64,000 bases of DNA from a bacterium (GTDB lineage Bacteria > Fidelibacterota > Fidelibacteria > Fidelibacterales > Fidelibacteraceae): NCBI GenBank assembly GCA_963676395.1, contig OY781066.1:992001-1056000 (forward strand), written 5' to 3'. Positions 9,995 through 17,459 of the stretch are shown piece by piece. The position numbers and the translations under genes are program-made. The notes under the pieces are model-generated. The model had not been told where the DNA came from. It searched no databases and was given only the letters and a program-made list of their open reading frames with translations. Position 1 is the first letter of the stretch. Each line of letters opens with the position of its first letter.

Positions 9995-11011
9995 ATGGAT
10001 AAAAGAATCGACCTTATTTTAAAGAAAATTAAACTTACTGAAAAACAAAAACTGTGGTTACAAGTTTGCTATGACTTTTTTAGTATTGGTAAGAAAACAA
10101 CAGATGTAAACATTAGAGTTGCTTTGTATAATAAAATCGATAAAAAATTCAATCCAAAATTAATAGACCAGAAATTGCTTGATAACGGTAACAGAATTAC
10201 TCTCCTTGGAGTTTTGTATCTAGATAAAACAAATACAATTTTAAACGATGCAAATAAGCTGATTAATCTTATTAGAAAAATGATTTTAAAAAATTCGGAT
10301 TGTGAAGAATTGTTAACAGATGAATTAGCAAATATAACGGGGTTTTCTCAAATATATATAAACAGGATATTTGATCTTATTCGTGAATTTGGGTATTGGA
10401 ATGGTGCAAGTGGAAGCAATCATATTTATACTAAATATTCTATAAACAAGGAAAAGATTGCCGATTTATATTTATCTGATGACAAAATTGAAGATGTAAT
10501 TATTCAACACTACAAGTCGCTTGAAGAGAGAAGCTTATCTGATGATTATTTTGATTATTACGATCAAATTTATATTGTACATACACCTTGGAAAGAAATA
10601 AATAAATTACAGAATAAATTATTTGAATTGTTAAAAATCAGTAATGATTCGATTGATTTTCAAAATATTGGGAATACTGCACGAACAATTATGTTAAATA
10701 TTTCTGAAGAAGTATTTGATGCTCAAAAACATAAACCACAGAAAGCAGGTATAGATTTAAGTAAAGACAAATTCAAAAACAGATTACATACTTATATTGA
10801 TTCAGTACTAAGCGGAACTTCAAACAGAGAATTTAGACAGCTGGCTGAAGTTTCTATTGAGTATGTAGAAAAATCAATTGATCTTATGAATAAAACAACC
10901 CATAAAACTGATGCGGAGAAACACTTAGCTGAAGTTTGTGTAATTGGCACAATTAGTGCTGTAAATATTATTAAATTAATTGCTGAAATCGAAAATAAAG
11001 AAGAAGTATAG
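9995..11011 (+). CDS. Hypothetical defence-like protein; helical C-terminal domain resembling abortive-infection (AbiJ-associated) domains
   Basis: 338-aa AT-rich ORF with AAGGA RBS; C-terminal W..I......FQNIG..AR......VFD..KH...K.RL..YI...LSG.SN..FR pattern (recalled, not searched). Confidence 0.6.
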   Translation: MDKRIDLILKKIKLTEKQKLWLQVCYDFFSIGKKTTDVNIRVALYNKIDKKFNPKLIDQKLLDNGNRITLLGVLYLDKTNTILNDANKLINLIRKMILKNSDCEELLTDELANITGFSQIYINRIFDLIREFGYWNGASGSNHIYTKYSINKEKIADLYLSDDKIEDVIIQHYKSLEERSLSDDYFDYYDQIYIVHTPWKEINKLQNKLFELLKISNDSIDFQNIGNTARTIMLNISEEVFDAQKHKPQKAGIDLSKDKFKNRLHTYIDSVLSGTSNREFRQLAEVSIEYVEKSIDLMNKTTHKTDAEKHLAEVCVIGTISAVNIIKLIAEIENKEEV

Positions 11012-12077
11012 TGAAATTCCACCCAAATAAAAGAATAACTAAAATTCTTATTTCATCAACCAGTAGATTCGTAGGAGAATTTATTGATAATGATTTATTG
11101 ATAACACATGCTCGGGCAAGTAGTTACAATCAAATTGAAGGAACCTCTGGATTTCATGAAAATCCATTAAGCCGTAATTATTATGTTATTGTAATGGAAA
11201 CTCCTGAAACAAAAAAAGGAACAGTAGTTATACCAAATTATACGTATATGGGTGATGCCGTTACTATTCTTATGAGTATTCTTTTCGGTAAAAGATTTGA
11301 TAATCATGGACGGATAGAAAGCACAGGTAATTTTTATTTACCGGATATATCAAGTAAAACAACTCCATGTATTTCTTCTTTAGCCTATAATAACCATAAA
11401 CCAAGAAAAAATTTAAACATAGCATTAAAATTAAATGAATTTGAAAGAATTTTTCCCTTGTTAACAGATAATTTTAAAGATGAAATATTTTTAAAAATAT
11501 TGTTTTCTGCTGGCCGTTTTTACGTACACGCACTTCAAGAAGCTGAGCAACAGCCTGCGGTGAAATCCTTTCGAATTATTATCAATATTCTGATGATGAA
11601 ATTATTGACGATGATATGAAAAAAGATTTAGAAATTATTGAAACTCAAATTGATAATGGAGACATTATTGCAAAAAGAATAAGAAACCGTTTATTTCAAG
11701 TCAGAAAAAGACACAATCTCACAATACAAAAATTACTAACATCTGATTTTTTTGCTAATTCTGAATCAACTTCCGAGTTTTTTTCTTTAACAATTGAGGG
11801 ATTCACTAAAAGAATAAATGCAGCATATGATTTGCGAAGTCTCTATGTTCATACTGGAACAGAATTTGGCCCATGGTTAACTATCGGCATGCGTGATAAT
11901 TACGAGATTAATTTGGGACAGCCTGTAATCAAAGACAAAACACTAAAAAAACTCATACAGGATTGCCCAACTTTATTTGGACTCGAAAGAATAATGAGAT
12001 ATTGCTTATTGCGTTTTATTCATTTACATGGTTGTAAAATTGATGATTCACTTGAAGGAGATGGATTAATAAAATAA
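11011..12077 (+). pseudogene. Frameshifted HEPN-domain (ApeA-like) gene split into 11011-11619 and 11616-12077
   Basis: The second frame is open from 11547 (ACGEILSNYYQYSDDEIIDDDMKK) and holds the HEPN motif YDLRSLYVH (RxxxxH); the tail of the first ORF looks out-of-frame. Confidence 0.65.
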
Positions 12078-12150
12078 TTTTTAACTATTGTAATTTAATG
12101 TAATTTATTGATAACTTTATTTGAAGAACTGATAACTTAGAAAGAATGAA

Positions 12151-12435
12151 ATGACAAGTAAAGCATATATAATAAGTTATGACCTAAATTCACCTGGGCA
12201 GGATTATTCTAAATTATATGAAAAAATTAAAAGTCTGGGCAAGTGGTGGCATCATTTAGATTCCACATGGATTGTTAAATCTGATAAAAAAGCATCTGAG
12301 ATTAGAGATTATCTTGCTGATTATTTAGATAAAAATGATGAACTGATTGTTATAAAATTAGGAGATTCATGGGCAGGCATCGGGTTTGAAAAGAGAGCTT
12401 ACGATTGGCTTCATGATAACGCATATGAGAAATAA
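12151..12435 (+). CDS. Small Cas2/VapD-like ferredoxin-fold protein (stand-alone)
   Basis: YIISYDL N-terminal strand, STWIV, LDKNDELIVI; 94 aa. Confidence 0.7.
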   Translation: MTSKAYIISYDLNSPGQDYSKLYEKIKSLGKWWHHLDSTWIVKSDKKASEIRDYLADYLDKNDELIVIKLGDSWAGIGFEKRAYDWLHDNAYEK

Positions 12436-12438
12436 ATA

Positions 12439-12963
12439 ATGATATTAAACTTTGAAACCATAGCTTTAATCGTATCCATAACATCAATAATTTTGGCTAT
12501 TGTATCATTACTGTTTTCCGTAATATTTTATTGGTGGTCAAACAAATCAAATAGACAAACTTTTGAGTTATCAAAAGAAATTGAACAAAACACAAATAGG
12601 ATTCATGAATTATTTAATAGATTTTATTCTGATACCTTTGGTTTAATGAAAAGCAATTATTTGGCGATGCAATCTAGTATTTTCAGCCAGCAAGTAAGTT
12701 CGGGTGATTCTTCTTTTTCCCCAGAGGAACAGATTGAAAATATTATTATTTCTCTGTTGTTAAAGTCAAAAGTGTTAACACGTGAAAATATTTGCACTTA
12801 TTTTGAAAACACATATCCATCAAAGCAAATTTCACGACAATCAATTTTGGACGCAATAAATTCCCTTAAAGATAAAAACAAAATTTTCATTAATGATAAT
12901 TTGATTTCAATTTCTACTGAAAAAAAATCTTCTTCTAATGAAGATGAGAGCAATAGTTCATAA
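12439..12963 (+). CDS. Membrane-anchored hypothetical protein
   Basis: One N-terminal TM helix, coiled coil, possible C-terminal wHTH; 3 bp after the previous gene. Confidence 0.7.
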   Translation: MILNFETIALIVSITSIILAIVSLLFSVIFYWWSNKSNRQTFELSKEIEQNTNRIHELFNRFYSDTFGLMKSNYLAMQSSIFSQQVSSGDSSFSPEEQIENIIISLLLKSKVLTRENICTYFENTYPSKQISRQSILDAINSLKDKNKIFINDNLISISTEKKSSSNEDESNSS

Positions 12964-12974
12964 TACCTTCCAAA

Positions 12975-13452
12975 CTCTGTTCCCTTGCTTTTAGTAAACA
13001 TTCCACCTATATTCTTTTACCTGAATCTGTGTGGCGCAGTGAAATGGTTCCTATGAAACGTTTTCCGTTTTTCAAGATCATATTACTAAGCCTGGTCATT
13101 TCCCCGGTATTTTTAAGCGGGTATTCGCGGACGGCACGTTATGATGCGGTGATATCGCGGGAGGGAGAGCGCCGGTGTTTCAGGATGACGATTCTTTTTG
13201 TTATTTAGATTATCCCAGACCTCCATTCTCAACCCTTGATCCTCCCCCGCATCATTACCTATATTCATTTAGCCGAGAGGCTGTGTGGCACACTTCAAAG
13301 AACACTGGGCGCTGAGCGGTGCCTGCCCTGCGTAGCCTTGTGCGAAGCAGGGGGCTCTGTGAAAGGGTGCGTATGAAAACGACTCCATTTTATAGATCTA
13401 TTTGCTAAGCCTTGTCATTACCCTGCTTTTTTTGTGCGGGTGTTCGCGGGCG
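12975..13452 (+). repeat. Tandem degenerate duplication of a promoter, leader and 5' signal-peptide gene fragment (family 2)
   Basis: acctatattcttttacctgaatctgtgtggcgc...gtgaaatggttcctATGAAAcg... vs acctatattcatttagccgagaggctgtgtggcac...gtgaaagggtgcgtATGAAAac...; both reading frames are truncated. Confidence 0.7.
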
Positions 13453-13823
13453 AAAAATTGAAAATTGACCAGCCTCCTTCGCCAGCTGGCGGATTGTTAA
13501 TTATAAAGAAAATGCTGCTTATACTCTTCTTTGACCCCTCGAAATCAATAAAAGTCATTAATTCCGAATCATGATACTTGGAAAGGTCGCGCCTCAGCGG
13601 CGACGCGTGAAGAAAATCCGATGAGGTAGGCTTTGATCGTTATCGGGGTGCTTTGAGTTCTGTCACATACTAAATAATATTCATCTATCCTGAATCCATA
13701 ATACTGAGCACGTATAATAAATTGAATGAATATAAAAATTAACAATTAATCAATTTAAACTTTTGTCGTGCTTCTATTTTTCATTATCTTAATTACTACA
13801 AACAACTAGATATTGGATAATGT

Positions 13824-14771
13824 ATGAATTTTAAATCAACTACCTATGTATTACTTATTGCGATCGCGCTGACATTAAGTGCTTGTAATAGTGAAAATCC
13901 TTTTGACTTGGACAATGTTATCGCTGCGCTTCCGGCTGATACGTTGTTAAGTATTTCAACTTATGACGGCAGTGGCCAAGCAGTACATCCTGATATTATA
14001 TTATCAAATAACATTTTTTATCTGGCAATTACGCCCTATCCTTTCAGCAATGATTCATATGAAAATCCCTGTTTATATTCCAGTATTGATGGCCTTGAAT
14101 TTAATCCTTGTGTATCAAATCCTTTAGTCAAGACTCCGAAAAACGGCCATAATTCTGACCCTGATATATTTATTGACAACAGTGGAATTCTGAATATTTG
14201 TTATCGTGAAAGCATATCAAATGATGCAGACAATATAATCTTGCTAAAAAACAAGGGGAATTTACGCTTCAGAAGTTCGACCATTCTTCATTATCCAATA
14301 ATTGACCCCAAAAACAGAGTATTATCTCCTTCTATAACCTATTATCAGGATCAATATTATTTGTTTTACATGAGAAAATATGAAATAAAATACCTAACCA
14401 GTTCTAACTTGGATTCTTTGGATAAAACCAATGAGCATGATATTAATATTCATATGCCGGAAAACTACCGTTGTTGGCATGTGGATGTATTCAAAGCACA
14501 GGATACAGATGAATATTATATGCTTTTACACGGTTATTTGGGAGCTTATAATTATTCCCTTACCTTTGCTACCAGCACAGACCTTACTAACTGGACCGTT
14601 CAGGGCGAAATTATTAATAATGATAATTTGACGGATGAAGAAGCTTGGTATGTGTATCGCTCAACGGGGATTGTAAATAATAATATCCTCGTGATTTGGT
14701 ATTCGTATCGAACATACAACAACTATTGGAAATTGGGTTTGAAAAAGATCGATATCAATACTTTATCATAA
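13824..14771 (+). CDS. Lipoprotein with beta-propeller glycoside-hydrolase-like domain
   Basis: LSAC lipobox; YDGSGQAVHPD, TPYP..ENP, HNSDPD, SPS, WHVDV and YRST blade motifs. Confidence 0.7.
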   Translation: MNFKSTTYVLLIAIALTLSACNSENPFDLDNVIAALPADTLLSISTYDGSGQAVHPDIILSNNIFYLAITPYPFSNDSYENPCLYSSIDGLEFNPCVSNPLVKTPKNGHNSDPDIFIDNSGILNICYRESISNDADNIILLKNKGNLRFRSSTILHYPIIDPKNRVLSPSITYYQDQYYLFYMRKYEIKYLTSSNLDSLDKTNEHDINIHMPENYRCWHVDVFKAQDTDEYYMLLHGYLGAYNYSLTFATSTDLTNWTVQGEIINNDNLTDEEAWYVYRSTGIVNNNILVIWYSYRTYNNYWKLGLKKIDINTLS

Positions 14772-14962
14772 CTTTAATGTGATTATTCAATTTCTAAAAC
14801 AAAATTTTGCATAGTTACAAGACATTATTTATTTAATCGTGATAATTTCACATTGAAATATGACGCAATATCGGGTTAATTTAATTACTCATAATAAATA
14901 TAAACCCCATCTACCCGGCAACTATTAATTGTTAAGCGATAAAACCATGATGGGGAATAAGT

Positions 14963-15394
14963 ATGAAATCTCAATATATCGCACCCTGCGGGATGAATTG
15001 TGCCTTGTGCATCGGCTTCATTCGTGAGAGAAACAAGTGCCATGGTTGCAACGAACACGATCAGTCAAAGCCCGAATACTGCCGTTCCTGCAAAGTCGTT
15101 GTCTGTGAAAAACGCAAGGCTTTGCCGCTCGGGCCGGGGGAAGTTGTTGCTCTGTGCTACGACTGCCCTGACTTACCGTGCGCGCGCATCAAGCAGCTGG
15201 ATAAACGCTACCGCGCCCGCTATTGGATGTCCATGATGGAGAATTTGGCGTATATTAAGGAGCATGGAATGGTTGCGTTTCTCGCGCGGGAAGAAAAACG
15301 ATGGAAATGTACTTCTTGTGGAGAAACATTGAGCGTTCATCGCACAGAGTGTCTGCAGTGTGGTCACCCGCGCGAAATTATGAATGATGGATGA
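14963..15394 (+). CDS. DUF3795-like Cys-rich protein
   Basis: IAPCGMNCALC, C..C, CYDCPDLPC, ENLAYIKEHG, WKCTSCG. Confidence 0.8.
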   Translation: MKSQYIAPCGMNCALCIGFIRERNKCHGCNEHDQSKPEYCRSCKVVVCEKRKALPLGPGEVVALCYDCPDLPCARIKQLDKRYRARYWMSMMENLAYIKEHGMVAFLAREEKRWKCTSCGETLSVHRTECLQCGHPREIMNDG

Positions 15395-15668
15395 TGGATT
15401 ATGAATAAAGTGACTGGACAGGTCACCGATCACTATATTCTGGATTCCGGCTTCTGATAAGACGGTTCCCTTCCACCCAAGAATATTCTCCTGGATCTGC
15501 CACGCCTCTTCCCTGTCCGCCGACTTGTGCGTCGAATCGGTCGACTGGCGGAGAAAACGGAAGCTTTAGCGAAGGCTGGAATTACAAGCATTTATATGAC
15601 GTAACATGTGACGTGCGACGCACTCGTTACGAGTTACGAGTCACGAAAAAAGTCATAAAATACAAAGA

Positions 15669-15734
15669 ATTATCGTAGGAAAAGCTATCAGCTATTCAAG
15701 ACGCATTTGCTGATTGCTGAAAGCTATTTGCTGA
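15669..15734. repeat. Second copy of the heptamer stutter element at 5462
   Basis: attatcgtaggaaaagctatcagctattcaagacgcatttgctgattgctgaaagctatttgctga. Confidence 0.85.
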
Positions 15735-15795
15735 AGGCTATCCCGAGCTTTAGCGAAGTTGAGCGAAGGCGGGTTCGCCTCCCCGCCTCCCAAAT

Positions 15796-15811
15796 TGTGA
15801 TCCCCGTCACA
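15796..15811. promoter_or_regulatory. CRP/FNR-family-like box
   Basis: TGTGA-tccccg-TCACA. Confidence 0.55.
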
Positions 15812-15882
15812 CTTTTAACAAATAAGTCTTATTCATCCTCTTAATTGGCTGTTTGCTGTAAGCTGTGGGCTGATAGCTATAT

Positions 15883-15957
15883 TCTCCTGATTTCCAACAA
15901 ATTAAATTTCCATTTGTAAAGTTCAAATTTTATGCACATATTATTGTCTTGAATTAA
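15883..15957 (+). promoter_or_regulatory. Repeated promoter block family 1, copy C (upstream of the Lamassu-like operon)
   Basis: tctcctgatttccaacaaattaaatttccatTTGTAAagttcaaattttatgcaCATATTattgtcttgaattaa. Confidence 0.7.
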
Positions 15958-16034
15958 CTTTACATAAATTTATCTTAATTTGATATTATTCGTTAAATCT
16001 AAAAAAAGTTTAATTAACTTTTCGGAGGGTTATT

Positions 16035-16385
16035 ATGGATCCAATCACATTATCAAGTGCAGCTATTTCAATTATTACTCCTTTTATTGTAAAAACTGGG
16101 GAGGCAATAGTTCAAAAAACAGGAGAAAAACTTTGGAAATGGTTAAATATCAAGTTTAAAAAAGATGAAATAAAAACCAAAACAGGAAATATGAATACAG
16201 GTGATTTTGATATAATTAAAGGTGTAATACTTGATAAAATAAATAACGATAAAGAATTTAAAATAGCACTTGAGAAAGAAATAGAAAAAGCTAAAACATC
16301 AATATCAAAAATGACTGTTATTAATAAAGAAACTGTTGAAAAACAAATCAATATTAACAAGAATTTTGGTGATATTACTATGTGA
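16035..16385 (+). CDS. Small Bell/HeLo-like helical protein with C-terminal amyloid-like motif
   Basis: GGAGG RBS; MDPITLSSAAISIITPFIVKTGEAIVQKTGEKLWKWL N-terminus; ends TVINKETVEKQININKNFGDITM. Confidence 0.7.
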   Translation: MDPITLSSAAISIITPFIVKTGEAIVQKTGEKLWKWLNIKFKKDEIKTKTGNMNTGDFDIIKGVILDKINNDKEFKIALEKEIEKAKTSISKMTVINKETVEKQININKNFGDITM

Positions 16386-16408
16386 TACTATTGAAAATAC
16401 TTATTAAG

Positions 16409-16936
16409 ATGAAGCAATTAAACATTAACAAAAATTTTGGGGAAATCTATCTAGAAAAAACAACCAGATTTTCTAGCCGATTCAAGCGATTAAACGAAGA
16501 AATTGAAAAGGATCAAAAAATTGATGAAGTTATCGATAAACTTCAAACTTATAATAAATCAGCTGATTTAAGAAGTATGCCAGAAAAACTAGAAGATGGT
16601 GGTTTTTCGAAAGAAGAAATTTATCAAGCAAAATTAAGAAAACAACAATATTGGATGAGTTTTGAAAAACATAAATTCTACAAAACAGCTCAAATAATTG
16701 ATTCAGAAATATTTGCATTGTTGAAATTTAATTTTGACACTTATATTTATCCTTTAATTTTGCAAAACGAACCAAAAAATAAAATCTTACTTGAATTAAA
16801 TTCAAAAGTTATATTGCCAATATTAACATTATTGAATAAAGAAGGCGAGGAAGATACTTATCTAAACTATAGTGTTGATGATTTACTTGGCATGTTATAT
16901 TTTATTACTGGCAAGTGTCATATTAATTGGAAATAA
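16409..16936 (+). CDS. ABC-three-component C-terminal-domain protein (LmuA position) with an N-terminal motif and no enzymatic effector
   Basis: EKLEDGG, A..RKQQY, GMLYFITGKCHINW pattern; first gene of the 3-gene ABC-3C unit; ATG at 16409 preferred to GTG at 16382. Confidence 0.75.
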   Translation: MKQLNINKNFGEIYLEKTTRFSSRFKRLNEEIEKDQKIDEVIDKLQTYNKSADLRSMPEKLEDGGFSKEEIYQAKLRKQQYWMSFEKHKFYKTAQIIDSEIFALLKFNFDTYIYPLILQNEPKNKILLELNSKVILPILTLLNKEGEEDTYLNYSVDDLLGMLYFITGKCHINWK

Positions 16937-16937
16937 A

Positions 16938-17459
16938 ATGATTGTATATAATCAAGCTTATGATGTCTATTACACAATTTTTAGGATGATTCATTTACTT
17001 TATAGTATCAGAAAAAGTAATAGTATAGATTTGGATCGATTAAGAATTTACGATTTTTATTTATTATTTCCCAGTGCGAGTCATAACATGACTATAAAAC
17101 GTAATGAAGGTGATATTCGCCAGTTGAGAAAAGATTTGATTGACAAAAATAAAAATCCCTTCGAAATTCTTTATAACCAGAAAAAAATATTCGATAATAT
17201 AAAGAATTTTCAAATAACTTCATTAAGATGTCTATCTTCTTTTGGGCTAATAAATAATGATTTTGAAAAATCAAAGACGATTATTATTGAAGATAATTCT
17301 CTTTTGGAAGAAGCTATAGATAATATTGGGAAGCTGACTTCAAGGCAAAAAAACATGTTAATCTTTATTCAAGAAAGTTTCTCAAAATTCCCTATGACGG
17401 GCGTAGATGGAATTAAAAATCGTACCAAATTAATGGAAAGCAAGTATGATGCAGAATAA
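16938..17459 (+). CDS. ABC-three-component middle component (MC5-like; LmuC position)
   Basis: MIVYNQAYDVYYTIFR, RLRIYDFYLLFP, G.DGIKNRTKLMESKYD; lies between the CTD gene and the ATPase. Confidence 0.8.
   Translation: MIVYNQAYDVYYTIFRMIHLLYSIRKSNSIDLDRLRIYDFYLLFPSASHNMTIKRNEGDIRQLRKDLIDKNKNPFEILYNQKKIFDNIKNFQITSLRCLSSFGLINNDFEKSKTIIIEDNSLLEEAIDNIGKLTSRQKNMLIFIQESFSKFPMTGVDGIKNRTKLMESKYDAE

Noticed and set aside
11547..11619. Programmed -1 frameshift joining the HEPN halves
   Set aside because: No slippery heptamer or stimulatory stem at the inferred junction; a deletion is the simpler explanation
12151..12435. CRISPR-Cas locus suggested by the Cas2-like protein
   Set aside because: No cas1 or other cas genes, and no regularly spaced repeat-spacer array seen in the window
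13500..13680. Possible ncRNA or gene remnant
   Set aside because: Some GC-rich stem potential, but no recognisable family or open frame
16382..16408. GTG start extension of the CTD gene, and other longest-ORF starts (16872, 26989, 38791, 42664, 46131, 48808, 59497)
   Set aside because: Downstream ATGs fit family N-termini, signal peptides or gene spacing better
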